Below are positions 1-10,506 of a DNA stretch of 64,000 nucleotides, piece by piece (position 1 is the first letter of the stretch; every line of letters starts with the position of its first letter). Made by a program: the position numbers and the translations under genes. Source of the DNA: Nematocida ausubeli. Its lineage: Eukaryota. The DNA lies in assembly GCF_000738915.1 (NCBI RefSeq), contig NW_026515636.1, positions 521,175-585,174 on the forward strand, in the 5' to 3' direction. The notes under the pieces were generated by a model. The model did no database searches, was not told the origin of the DNA, and saw only the letters and a list, made by a program, of their open reading frames with translations.

Positions 1-1542
1 TGTCTTAGATAGGCGTTTAAATAGCACTTCTGTGAACTTTTCAATTCTACCATGTAATTCATTTTTTAGTACTCCTTTCTGTTCCTTTAAGCTCTGTGCA
101 AAGCCAAGTATTTTGTCTTTTTCTTCTCTAGGGGCATTTACTACTTCAGCAATAACCATGAGCATGTTTATAAGACCACAGTCTAACTCGTTCCTTCCCT
201 TGCAGTATGCAATGCTAGGCTCATCTAGATCAGAAACAACTGTGCACCAATTCCTCTGGAACTTAGCCTTTGTTGTGTCAAATGACTTGTTCTCCTTTGG
301 GGCAAAGAATTCTTCCAGACTGGAAGAGACATCTCCCATGTGGTCTGTCCGATATATTCCTTCTACAGGATCATATGCCATACAGCAGAAAAGAGAAAGA
401 ATCATGCACTCTACGCAGTTGCTGTAGTCTTGCAAATAGTTAGTAGAAAATGAGTTTGTTTTTCGGCTGTACATAGGAACAGATATATATGCAGGAATCT
501 GCGTGCTATCAGTAAATGGAAAGGCCTTCTGCATATTCATAATATGCTCTACCTCCCTCACTAAGGCAATGCAGTCAGAACCTGCTTCAGTCCCAGCTGA
601 CTTAAACAGTCTGTCATACACAAAGTCATCTTTGCTTGGTGTCTCTGTCTTAGGTGCGTATTTCTCTGTCATTATGTGCACTGTCTGGATAAATTCTGTT
701 GCACGCTCTGCACTCTCAATAAATCCAAATATGTACGACTGAATCAGAAACTTAAGACTATCCAAGAACTTCCCAGACATAACTTCTTCCTGTGAGCACT
801 TGTCCTCCATCATTCTAAGTACTTCCTGATTGGCTGCATTCTCCTGGAAGAAGTTGATCAGTTGCTTAACCTTCTTCTGTTGGAATGTTTGTACTTTGTC
901 TTCCACAGGGTTTAACCATGGAATAACCATGGGCACTTCAAAGTATATTTCATCTTTTCCATTTGTTTCATAGACCTTTAGTACGCTGTTAGTGACTTTA
1001 ATGGGAATATTCACTCCTTCTGAGAAAAGAAGCAGCATAGCCAGAATTTTTAAAGAGTGCTTCTCTGTGGTCTCTGCCCGAAGGAACTGAACAAAGGACT
1101 GGTTTCCTCGTGTCTCAATTGTTATGTCGCCATTGGGTGATGGAAACAGCTCAATCAGATGATTGTGGTATTTCTCAGTGTACACATCCATTTTATTAGT
1201 GGATTGTTGTGCTGTGTACGCCCTGTCCTTTTGTCTATTTCGGGTATATAAAGCATCTTCATAAATATCCAAAGTATATTCATTGTCCTCCACAAAGTAT
1301 TCTGTATTAATCTCCGGGGAAAAGAATCTTTTGTTATACATGCACTCTATCTTCTGGTAGATGAGTCCCCGTAGAAAGTTAAGAGGTCCTTCTGGGTTTA
1401 TTTTTATAGAAGAAGAATCCGTTGTAATTTCAAATTTCTGAGTTAACTCCACTTCATCCAATGTTATGTCTGCCCTGCAGATGCCCGTAAGCAGAATGCC
1501 AATTAAGGCAACTGCCTTGATCAAAATAATGAAAGAACCCAT
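1..1542 (-). CDS. Nematocida large gene family 1 (NemLGF1)-like secreted protein, 3'-truncated by the window edge
   Basis: Not in the ORF track because it runs off the window. ATG at 1542 gives MGSFIILIKAVALIGILLTGICRADITL (signal peptide), then INPEGPLNFLRGLIYQKIECMYNKRFFSPEIN, ILAMLLLFSEGVNIPI and NCVECMILSLFCCMAYDP, motifs I recognise from NemLGF1. Frame checked at both ends and at these motifs. Confidence 0.8.
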   Translation of the reverse strand, partial: MGSFIILIKAVALIGILLTGICRADITLDEVELTQKFEITTDSSSIKINPEGPLNFLRGLIYQKIECMYNKRFFSPEINTEYFVEDNEYTLDIYEDALYTRNRQKDRAYTAQQSTNKMDVYTEKYHNHLIELFPSPNGDITIETRGNQSFVQFLRAETTEKHSLKILAMLLLFSEGVNIPIKVTNSVLKVYETNGKDEIYFEVPMVIPWLNPVEDKVQTFQQKKVKQLINFFQENAANQEVLRMMEDKCSQEEVMSGKFLDSLKFLIQSYIFGFIESAERATEFIQTVHIMTEKYAPKTETPSKDDFVYDRLFKSAGTEAGSDCIALVREVEHIMNMQKAFPFTDSTQIPAYISVPMYSRKTNSFSTNYLQDYSNCVECMILSLFCCMAYDPVEGIYRTDHMGDVSSSLEEFFAPKENKSFDTTKAKFQRNWCTVVSDLDEPSIAYCKGRNELDCGLINMLMVIAEVVNAPREEKDKILGFAQSLKEQKGVLKNELHGRIEKFTEVLFKRLSKT

Positions 1543-2220
1543 TTTTAGAAATAAAATAAATCATTTTTCAATATATTAACAGATAGGTTCAGAAGAGTAT
1601 TTATAAATTATTTTCCATTGACTACTTGCATGTTCATTAGTAGTTTCCACTGAATAAAACCCAATATAATATGTATATTCTAGCCATAAGAAAGTGGTCT
1701 AGAATAAAGCATATTACCATCATCTTATTAGTGTGTATTTCTATGTCTACACTGCAATACAGCCATTCTGCTTAGTGGTTTGCTTTTTTATTCATTTTTA
1801 GTATTCGGTTTCTCTTCCCACTCTATAAAAGTCTTCTTGTTTTTTGGTTTTCTAAACTCATTCCAAGCTAGTTATACACTAAGGAGACCGTGGCTCAGAG
1901 TAAAGAACTAGAAGATTTATCACAAGATAAGTATGCCTCTTCAATGTGAAATTGTCTTAGTACACCTCTTGCATAGCATGCCATCTTACAGAAATTCACT
2001 TAAGTTTATGTTAAACCATTATAAAAGTAGAGAATACAACAGTAGCACGAAACTCTTCAAAAATGCATAGTATGCCTGGATGTAAAATGAATAAGCATTT
2101 AACATAAGCATGCACTGTTAAAAGCTACTGCAATGGTTATAAGTCATTCTTTATGTAAATTCTATTTTAATCATAATATGGTATTTTCTGCATAAATGTA
2201 AAAGTTTTTTATCTAAGTTA

Positions 2221-4227
2221 ATGAAAAGAACAAAACTCTTATCTACATTCTTGAAAATAGCAGGTATCCTGCAGGGAAGCCTAGTAAGCGCACAATTTAA
2301 AGCGTATAATGACAGAAATACAAGGTATTCTTATATAGACTCTAATACTCCCGTATTTATAAGCACAAATTTGGAAATAATAGACACACAACCAGATAGT
2401 TTATTGAATTGTGTATACAGTTATTGCATCGATAAGCAAGGACTTTTCCAGGAACATAATGACATTGTGCTTGATTTCCAGACAAATAAGCCCCTTAATG
2501 CCCGCGATGAAAGAGTTATATTCATGGGAAAATACTGCAATATATTTCAAGTACTATTCCCATTCACTAAGCCAGAATTCCCCATACAGAATACCAAGAA
2601 AGGATCTTTTTTTCTTTTCTTGGTGAGTCTTCAAGAGTCCAAGAATGACATTGCTTTGCTTATGTATCTTCTACTACTCTGTGAGGGTGTTGATATGAGA
2701 ATGGACAAAATAGTCGATATGGAAGACTTGAAGAAAGAAGATATCACAGCCAGAGTAAACCATTTGAATATTATTTTTCAGTTAGGGAATAATATTAATA
2801 CAGAAAAAGACACTAAGAAGAAACCCCAAAATAAAATGGCTACAGTAGATAGAATATATCTGCCAGTGTTTGAGCAAGTATTAGGGTTTTTCCAGGAATA
2901 CAAAATACATCCAAAAGTAGACCTAAAAGGACCGTGTGATATGCCCATTCAAAAGTATAAATTGTTACAGCATATTCATCCAAGCACAAAGCTTCTAGTC
3001 CGAATGTACGTCTATTACTATTGCAATTATTTCAACTGCTGGGATGAACTTTTTAAAAATATCTACTTTATATTAAGGCCGTATTCAGACTATGCAAAGA
3101 ATAACTCTTCTACTAAGCAGTCTGCAGATAAAGATTGTATAATTGTAGATGTATTTAAGAATGAAAATGAAGACTCTAATATTCAAGAAAACTCTAGTAT
3201 ACTAAGTTCTGAGGAAGGTGTTAAAAGAAAATCCATTAAAACACCTGCTTCTAAGGCTTATTATAGAATATTTAGGGAAACACTACATGAAAAGAGCAAT
3301 TGTTCAAGTATGTTTAATAAGAAGTTCTTTACCCTTCTATATGCAACTCACCCAATTCCTTATTCTACCACGAACAATCTGCCATTTTACACAAAGACAC
3401 CATCTGGCACTGCAGTAGACCAGTTTCCTTTTAGACAGTCTATTTATAGTAGCAAATGCTGTGATGAAAGTTTACTTGTGATTTTTTCTTGTCTTGCATA
3501 CAATCCTGAAACCTTCAGTTATAATTATAATGGTGACTTTTATGGAGATAGAATATACAGTTTCTTAAAGAAATACAAAAGAATAACTGCTTCTCGTTGT
3601 AATAACCTAAATATGCACTGGTCTAAGGAAGTTATAAGCACGACCTTCAATAGGATTGGAACCACAGCCAAATCTAGGCTTAGAAAAGGGACTATTAATT
3701 TTCTAAACAGAATGCGACAACTAATGGATGGCCCAAATTGCAGACTGGGTGACACTTTAACCTTTCTTATACAAGAAACCAACAAAAAACCCATTGAACC
3801 AGATTATATTGAAAGGATACAGACAAAACTAACCACGTTTTTTAAAGGATATTCCACAAATAATAGTCTTACTGTTAGGGTTAAAAACCTCACTATAGCA
3901 AAAGTTGAAAATATGTTTGACTTTTTCGGGGATATTGAGCTGGAATATGAGCATAATGGAATATCAGGCGGAATAAATATAAATGTAGCACTAACTGGAG
4001 TAAAAGTCACTCTATTAGAGTCTAAGATTTCTAACCCTAAAAAAAGAAAAGAAGCCCTAGAAGAACTTCAGAAATTATGCTGGTACCCAGAGAGTGATGC
4101 AAAGAGTTTATTTATAGTACACACTAATACTCTAATACAAGAATGCAATTATTATCCAAAAAATACAACAGAACCAGTTGCAGGCCCTAGTGGTATATCT
4201 AATTCCAACCGAGCAACCAGAATCTAA
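2221..4227 (+). CDS. Divergent NemLGF1-like protein with predicted signal peptide
   Basis: 668-aa ORF sharing motifs with the neighbouring gene: LLMYLLLLCEGVDM vs ILAMLLLFSEGVNI, and KCCDESLLVIFSCLAYNP vs NCVECMILSLFCCMAYDP. Confidence 0.65.
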   Translation: MKRTKLLSTFLKIAGILQGSLVSAQFKAYNDRNTRYSYIDSNTPVFISTNLEIIDTQPDSLLNCVYSYCIDKQGLFQEHNDIVLDFQTNKPLNARDERVIFMGKYCNIFQVLFPFTKPEFPIQNTKKGSFFLFLVSLQESKNDIALLMYLLLLCEGVDMRMDKIVDMEDLKKEDITARVNHLNIIFQLGNNINTEKDTKKKPQNKMATVDRIYLPVFEQVLGFFQEYKIHPKVDLKGPCDMPIQKYKLLQHIHPSTKLLVRMYVYYYCNYFNCWDELFKNIYFILRPYSDYAKNNSSTKQSADKDCIIVDVFKNENEDSNIQENSSILSSEEGVKRKSIKTPASKAYYRIFRETLHEKSNCSSMFNKKFFTLLYATHPIPYSTTNNLPFYTKTPSGTAVDQFPFRQSIYSSKCCDESLLVIFSCLAYNPETFSYNYNGDFYGDRIYSFLKKYKRITASRCNNLNMHWSKEVISTTFNRIGTTAKSRLRKGTINFLNRMRQLMDGPNCRLGDTLTFLIQETNKKPIEPDYIERIQTKLTTFFKGYSTNNSLTVRVKNLTIAKVENMFDFFGDIELEYEHNGISGGININVALTGVKVTLLESKISNPKKRKEALEELQKLCWYPESDAKSLFIVHTNTLIQECNYYPKNTTEPVAGPSGISNSNRATRI

Positions 4228-4522
4228 AGATACAATGCTTTATGTCCTGTGATGTAATAAAATATTATTCATCTATATTCAGTCTCATGCGAATTTCTAA
4301 GAAATCCATATAACCCGAAATATATTTGCAGTCTAAAATATTTCTTGAATAGAATTATATGGTAGATATGTATTTTAGTGGTAATTTGTCTTGTATTCCA
4401 TGTATATCTCAGTATTTTGTATTTTCTTGCTTTTTCATTCCCTTTATGCTTTATGTTCTGTCTGTCATCTTCAGAACTGTTTTTTATTTGTGCTATTTGT
4501 ATTTTCGCCTTTTTGTTTTCAT

Positions 4523-5038
4523 ATGTCCGGAAGGGAAGTAGTGCACGGCTTGACTATTATTGGTGAGCATGGGAATAGAATAATAGGGAGTCCTTTGGTT
4601 ATTTCGCAGCACCAAAGAGAAACAGAAAGAAGGATGTTTGAAAAGGCAAAGGAAGCAGACGACTCAATTATTTTGTTTGAAGATAGTCTTGTCTTGTACA
4701 AGATAGTAGGAGATTTATGCATCTTGCTCTATGCCCCTATAAATGAGAATGAAATTGCACTTTCAAATGCACTTGATGCCTTCTACACGGCAGTGATTAA
4801 AACAGTCAGTGGGCCACTTACACAGAAATCCTTAGACAAGCATTATGATGAGGTTTTTATGTTAATTGACTCTTTCATCTACAAATCCACTATTATCACA
4901 GATAGTTCTACTGACCTTATAAGCACCCTGCAAAGAAGGACATTTGAGGGCCTGGATGCAATTCCTATGCCATCAAAGCTCTCAAGTGCTTTTAAAAAGG
5001 CACAAAAGTCATTTGCATCATCCTGGTTTAAAAAGTAA
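4523..5038 (+). CDS. RET3: Coatomer zeta subunit (longin / AP-sigma-like fold)
   Basis: Likely start MSGREVV at 4523. LVLYKIVGDLCILLYAPINENEIAL and HYDEVFMLID match zeta-COP. Confidence 0.75.
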   Translation: MSGREVVHGLTIIGEHGNRIIGSPLVISQHQRETERRMFEKAKEADDSIILFEDSLVLYKIVGDLCILLYAPINENEIALSNALDAFYTAVIKTVSGPLTQKSLDKHYDEVFMLIDSFIYKSTIITDSSTDLISTLQRRTFEGLDAIPMPSKLSSAFKKAQKSFASSWFKK

Positions 5039-5141
5039 ATAAATTCACAGGCCAGGCTCTTTATGTTCTATTCCCTGGGTATTCTTCTTATTGAATACAT
5101 CTGCAATATGTACACTCTCTATATAAAACCATATATTTATT

Positions 5142-6446
5142 CTAAGAATTCCTTATATCTGGATAATTTGACAGTTCTGCTCGTCTGTATTCATCAATGA
5201 CATTCTGCACAGATATCCTGGCTGGCTCAAACTCATCTATGTACGCATCTCCTTCTCTCCTGTACATGTCCAGAAATGCATTTCTTCTCTTTAGAACATC
5301 GTACTGCGAGGATATCTTCTGCAGGGCTCTGGAGAATCCTGTGGTATTTGTGAGGAGCATGCCAGAAATACTCTTGCTTGGTGACTTTGATACTGCCACC
5401 TGGATATTTTGCACAGTCCATGGGGCAAACCTAATTACCTCTCTTTGCCGCATTCTTTGCATACTTTTTTCAATCTCCCCAGCATCTACGCCCATCATAA
5501 TATTAACAGCAGCAATTACTCTGTTTGTTTCACTCTCTTCAAATCCCAGTAGCCCAGCCTTTGGGAGAACAAGTCTCCTTTGAACATCAACGCAAGTTAT
5601 TTTTCTGACTGCGCATGTGCCTGCCCCAATGAATGGAGCATACGAAGGCACTAGAAAGTGACAGCCTGGAACAGGTGAGGCAGCTGATAGAAGCGTACTC
5701 ATGTCACTGAATCTACTGCCAGGAAATCTCACAGTAACTGTAGATGCAGCTGCAACAGAAGATGCCAGTTGATTTGTATGTGCGACCGTTGGAGCAGACA
5801 CTTTCAGGGCATCTCCAATTGCTGCCGTCAAAGACCCATTGTCCATCGAAATAACTCCATCTGAATTCTCTATCAACCTTCTTAGTGAGAGCATTGTGTT
5901 ATATGGCTGGACAACAGACTCACTCACTTCAGAGTTATTTGGGAACACGGAAATAGTTTGAATAGTTTTCTTTGGATATTTTTCCCGGATTTCTTCAAGA
6001 AGATATGACCCTAGACCAGATCCTGTCCCACCACCCAAGGAATGGAAAAGAATAAATCCATCCAGGAAATTACTGCTCTCTGCTTCTTTTTGAATAATTT
6101 CCAGGATGGTCTCTCTGCTTTCTTTTCCTTGCTGGTATCCACTAGACCAAACATTCCCTGCTCCTCTGCTCTCTGCACCCATCCATATATTTTCTGGACT
6201 GAATAGATTTGGCTTACTATTTGTGATTGATGTGATTACACGGGGCTCTAAGTCTATTAGAATTCCTCTAGGAAAGTATCTTCCATCGTAAGATTCATAG
6301 AAGAATGCGTCCTTCCTATCACCTGCTGTCTGCTGCAGTACTTCCCCGTTGCTTGATATATTATGTTCACTGCACACTTTCTCCCAGAATTCACTTCCTA
6401 TTTGGTTTCCACATTGCCCTACCTGCAGAGTTATTATGTTTCCCAT
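5142..6446 (-). CDS. TUB4: Gamma-tubulin
   Basis: IITLQVGQCGNQIG, LIDLEPRVI, GAGNVWSSGY, GGGTGSG and VVQPYN; the last is gamma-type. Confidence 0.93.
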   Translation of the reverse strand: MGNIITLQVGQCGNQIGSEFWEKVCSEHNISSNGEVLQQTAGDRKDAFFYESYDGRYFPRGILIDLEPRVITSITNSKPNLFSPENIWMGAESRGAGNVWSSGYQQGKESRETILEIIQKEAESSNFLDGFILFHSLGGGTGSGLGSYLLEEIREKYPKKTIQTISVFPNNSEVSESVVQPYNTMLSLRRLIENSDGVISMDNGSLTAAIGDALKVSAPTVAHTNQLASSVAAASTVTVRFPGSRFSDMSTLLSAASPVPGCHFLVPSYAPFIGAGTCAVRKITCVDVQRRLVLPKAGLLGFEESETNRVIAAVNIMMGVDAGEIEKSMQRMRQREVIRFAPWTVQNIQVAVSKSPSKSISGMLLTNTTGFSRALQKISSQYDVLKRRNAFLDMYRREGDAYIDEFEPARISVQNVIDEYRRAELSNYPDIRNS

Positions 6447-6629
6447 AAAAATATTTTAGTTCTTTCTGTAGTTCAATAGACAGGTGCCCCTTCAAATAAT
6501 ATCCCAAGAGGCAGGAATTAATTATTCTTTAGGATATTTCATAGGAATAAGCCGTATTATCTGTATATTTATAAGATAATTCATATATTTATACTATAAT
6601 TAGTGGCAACAGCAAGACATACACCCAGG

Positions 6630-6735
6630 AAAACCATAAAAATAACAGTCACTCAAGGCCTTCACAGAAATAATACTCCTTTGACAACTACCCCTATTAG
6701 AATCTAAAATACTACTATCTCTGGCTGGAATATTG
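6630..6735 (-). repeat. Partial copy of dispersed intergenic repeat family A
   Basis: AATAATACTCCTTTGACAACTACCCCTATTAGAATCTAAAATACTACTAT is nearly identical to about 41946-41996. Confidence 0.8.
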
Positions 6736-7049
6736 CCCATTAAGGCATGTTAATTTGGATAAAATTATCTCTAAATGACTTTGTATTTATTAGTATCTGG
6801 TGCATCTTATTATCTATCTATATAATTCAGGTTTAGATATATTTATATTTGGGTTATACTGGTGAACTGTTATTTTTCTCTGAATTAATTAATTCTTTAA
6901 TCACCTGCCTACAAATATTTAATGAAAATTAATACTTCACTTGAAATAAACTGGATCTAAGACAAAACAGTAGAAATGTGCTTCTTGAGCAGAATATGAA
7001 TATGAGATATAAGCACTAAAAGTCATCCAAAGTGTGAATTTTCTTGTAC

Positions 7050-7285
7050 ACATTTCACTCTAGTGCATTCTAGTACAGTTCATTCTTTAGTAAATTTCAC
7101 TCTAGTACACTCTAGTATATTTCATTCTAGTATATTGCATTCTAGTACATTACATATCTTTCATTCTAGTACACTCTAGTACACAATTTCACATCTTTCA
7201 CTCTAGTGCACTTTTACATTTTAGTAAACTTCATTTTAGTACATTTGACTCTAGTACACTCTAGTAAACTTCATTCTAGTGAATT
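7050..7285. repeat. Degenerate tandem repeat with CA(C/T)TCTAGTA units
   Basis: More than 10 copies of CACTCTAGTA/CATTCTAGTA in intergenic DNA. Confidence 0.8.
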
Positions 7286-7472
7286 TTGAATGAACTTAAT
7301 TGAAAGCGTATATAGTACATTTTATTCTTCTGCATATCTCTTCTACATATCTCTTCTACATATGCCCCTCTACATATATCCTTATATTATGCTGTATCCC
7401 CAAGAGACAGTGGTTTCCTTCTATTATCCTTCTTTTCCATATATCTTTCTTAGTTTTCTCCTTGGAAAAAGA

Positions 7473-7772
7473 ATGCTGCAGAGTACGTATGAGAGTCTAT
7501 CCAAAGGCATAATGAAAAAGATCTATGAAACTATAGATCAAGTAGTAGACAGTGTCTCCTTAAAGGATAATGTAATTATAGTTGAAGTCCCAAAGGCAGG
7601 CATATTCGTAATAAACAGGCAACCATCAAAAGAAGAAATCTGGTTGTCATCACCTCTCTCTGGCCCATACCACTTCGCTAGAAAGAAGAACCAGTGGCTA
7701 GATAGAAATGGAAATAGTCTTCTTAAGATTATTTCAAAAGAAATCCTTAATGAACAAAGTCTAATTGAATAA
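7473..7772 (+). CDS. YFH1: Frataxin (CyaY/Yfh1), mitosomal Fe-S cluster assembly
   Basis: GIFVINRQPSKEEIWLSSPLSGPYHF frataxin signature. Likely start MLQSTY at 7473; the upstream ORF extension is low-complexity. Confidence 0.9.
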   Translation: MLQSTYESLSKGIMKKIYETIDQVVDSVSLKDNVIIVEVPKAGIFVINRQPSKEEIWLSSPLSGPYHFARKKNQWLDRNGNSLLKIISKEILNEQSLIE

Positions 7773-7776
7773 CTAT

Positions 7777-8202
7777 TTATTGTGTCTTTGTCTTTACATT
7801 CATGCGCCTAAATAGCTCATAGTATGCTGTGACTGGAATAATTAGCATAAGAATAAATGCTTTGCACCCAAAGAATACACTAGATACCTTTATACCATAG
7901 AATGTATATAGAATATCTATTATAACCCGAATTATCCCTCTACTCTGCAAATCTATTCCACTCTCCATTATTTCAAGGCCCTTGCTTGTTTTAATGTACT
8001 TCGGGTGCACTAAGTATGCAAGAATTCCTAGCACCAGAGACTCAAATACTACAGTAACCACTAAGGGTCCACTTACCAAACTCTTTCTAAATATTCCATT
8101 CCCAAGTACTGCACAGATACTCAATACTAATGCACTCCCAATTAGTATTTTCAGCTGCTGTGAATTTCTTTTTATTCTTCTTTTTGTTGACTCAGATGCC
8201 AT
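7777..8202 (-). CDS. SND2: TMEM208/Snd2 (DUF788) ER membrane protein
   Basis: MASESTKRRIKRN N-terminus, TM helices, GIDLQSRGIIRVIIDILY and LIIPVTAYY. Confidence 0.75.
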   Translation of the reverse strand: MASESTKRRIKRNSQQLKILIGSALVLSICAVLGNGIFRKSLVSGPLVVTVVFESLVLGILAYLVHPKYIKTSKGLEIMESGIDLQSRGIIRVIIDILYTFYGIKVSSVFFGCKAFILMLIIPVTAYYELFRRMNVKTKTQ

Positions 8203-8230
8203 TCTAAAATTGTCTCTTTAAATTTTTTAT

Positions 8231-9961
8231 ATGAAGCCTGTCCAGTTTACTACTACAGGCCTGTCTTCATTGGAAAAGAGTCTTATCATAAGGCTATTCA
8301 AAGGCACAGAATATATCCTGGAGGAAACAATGACATCAAGTATTTCGTATCTTTTATCAAATAAAAGTACATTTACAGAGAAGAGAATTCTTGCTGAGAG
8401 GTGGGGTATTCCTGTGATTAGCATTATGTGGGTGTATAAGTCACTGTCTCAAAAGAGCATCTTGCAGTTTAAATTAAGAAAGTATGAAGGATGCGTCTTC
8501 TGTACATCTGGAATTACAAATGACTTATTTATAAACTATTATAGATTGCATGGTGCATACCACTCATCAGTTCTCACTCGGTACTGTGACTTTCTGGTGG
8601 TTAATTCATTAGAACAAGATACTGATAAGATTATGTATGCGAAAGAGTGGAATATTCCAATTATCACAGCAGAGACAGTCTTTGATGACAGAATTACATT
8701 CTTCATGAAGACCATACAGTACGAGAGTTTTATTAGTGAGCCTCTTACGGATGAAATATTCAATGGAAAGATATTTTACTTTGAAGGAGAGACAGAGATA
8801 CATAAATTAGTACGGCGGCTGATAATTGAGCATGGTGGGAATAGAGTTGAGGAACCAGGGCCTGATGTAGACTATTCAATCTATTTTGGGAGTGATGGAA
8901 AAGGAAGGAATCTTGTGTGGTACCAATGGATCTTAGACAGTGCAGACCTAGGGACCCTTCTGTCCTCTGAAGGATACGAAGTGCATCATGCAGAACTTCC
9001 TTCACTTCCATTGGAAAATATGATTATTTTCCCTATAGTCTGCAAAGAAGAAGGTCTTAGAACAAAAAACAAAGTGAATGCCCTTGGGGGTGAAGTGTCG
9101 ATGCAAATAAGCAGCAAAATAACCCATTGCATTGTTGAAAGGAAAAGCAGACAGCTTCAAAGCAAGATGCAAGTATACATGAAGACGTACAAAATACACG
9201 TGTGCTTTTTGGAGTGGCTGAACCAGTCTATATACTATATGAAAAAACTAAATGAAAATAAGTTTGAAATGCCGGTGGGCCTTAAAACTATCCCGGAATC
9301 AGTGATGGACAGGACGGAAATGCGAAAAAGGGCATCTGTCAAATATATGCCTGGAAATCTTGATGGATGGAAGGTTCAATTTACAGGCCTAGTGGACACT
9401 CTGAAGGAACAGGCAGTTAAAGTACTGCAGGAGAAAGGCGTGGCAGTAATTGACTCCCCAGAGTACTCGCCAGAATGTACTCATTTAATTGTAGGGGCAG
9501 TGAATGTGTCATTGAAATTCCTGTGCGCAATCGCATGCGGGGCAGTTCTTATGGACTATCAGGTCATTGATGACTTAAAGCAGAATATCTACACGGCAGA
9601 GAAGAGCTACAATTTGGAGACAAGAAATATAAAGATTGATGCCCCAAGGAACGAGAAGATTATTCGAAAATTAATCAGGGCAGCTCCTGTATGGAAGGCC
9701 AAGAAAGAGAAATGCAAGAAAAAGGCATTTACAGGCTGGAGAGTACATATACTAGCGACCAAGGACACAGCCAGGATAGAACAACTAATTGAAAATGGTG
9801 GAGGTGAAGTGGTAGTCCATGGGGGTGATGAAAATATTCATAAAAATAGTTTCTATTTTGTGGATGCTGCAACCAAAGTGCCACCGGAAATACCGCCTGC
9901 ACAAATTATTGAAATGAAAGATATCATAGGACATCTAGCACAAGCTAAGCAGATTGGATAA
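8231..9961 (+). CDS. Multi-BRCT replication/checkpoint scaffold, TopBP1/Dpb11-like
   Basis: Several BRCT repeats (WGIPVISIMWV, WNIPII, WYQWILDS, ITHCIV...LEWLNQS). The C-terminal CTHLIVG...KFLCAIACG...AFTGWRVHI resembles TopBP1 BRCT7/8. Confidence 0.7.
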   Translation: MKPVQFTTTGLSSLEKSLIIRLFKGTEYILEETMTSSISYLLSNKSTFTEKRILAERWGIPVISIMWVYKSLSQKSILQFKLRKYEGCVFCTSGITNDLFINYYRLHGAYHSSVLTRYCDFLVVNSLEQDTDKIMYAKEWNIPIITAETVFDDRITFFMKTIQYESFISEPLTDEIFNGKIFYFEGETEIHKLVRRLIIEHGGNRVEEPGPDVDYSIYFGSDGKGRNLVWYQWILDSADLGTLLSSEGYEVHHAELPSLPLENMIIFPIVCKEEGLRTKNKVNALGGEVSMQISSKITHCIVERKSRQLQSKMQVYMKTYKIHVCFLEWLNQSIYYMKKLNENKFEMPVGLKTIPESVMDRTEMRKRASVKYMPGNLDGWKVQFTGLVDTLKEQAVKVLQEKGVAVIDSPEYSPECTHLIVGAVNVSLKFLCAIACGAVLMDYQVIDDLKQNIYTAEKSYNLETRNIKIDAPRNEKIIRKLIRAAPVWKAKKEKCKKKAFTGWRVHILATKDTARIEQLIENGGGEVVVHGGDENIHKNSFYFVDAATKVPPEIPPAQIIEMKDIIGHLAQAKQIG

Positions 9962-10506
9962 ATAAATAGATTATATTATCCTTATATAATATTCTATAGA
10001 GATATAGGATTCTTGTGGATTTTAGTCAGGATAGAGATCTTTATGACTAAAATCAAGAATTACTGTTTTCCAAGTTGCAACAAAATACTTATATATTTTA
10101 AAGAACTCCATTGTATATGCTGTTTATTCCCATGTAAATCTGTTTGTTCATAGGTTTCTTACTCCTTCTACTCTTCCCACAAGAATTTTATAGTTCTCCT
10201 TATGTTAATAGAATATATTAAGGTTTTTTATAATTATTTAAATATAAACCTGTTCATTTTTATTTTCTTATCTTTACGAGTGTGAAGGTTTTAAAAGTTT
10301 CAGATACCCAGAATATAATCAAAATTAAGATAAAGTGGTAGTTAAGTTATAGATACCCTGAAGAAAGTACTATAAGAAAGACCCTTATAAAGAGTAAATA
10401 ATTAGTAGAGACAGTATATCCTGTGGGTAAAGTATTCATGTGATTTATTTAAATTTGAAAGATTCTACTGTACCACAGAGAGCACAGTATAGTCATCACT
10501 TGTGTA

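Noticed and set aside
8050..8076. GTAAGTGG donor-like site on the minus strand within TMEM208
   Set aside because: The ORF is continuous, no branch-point motif follows, and removing the segment is not needed to make a sensible protein.
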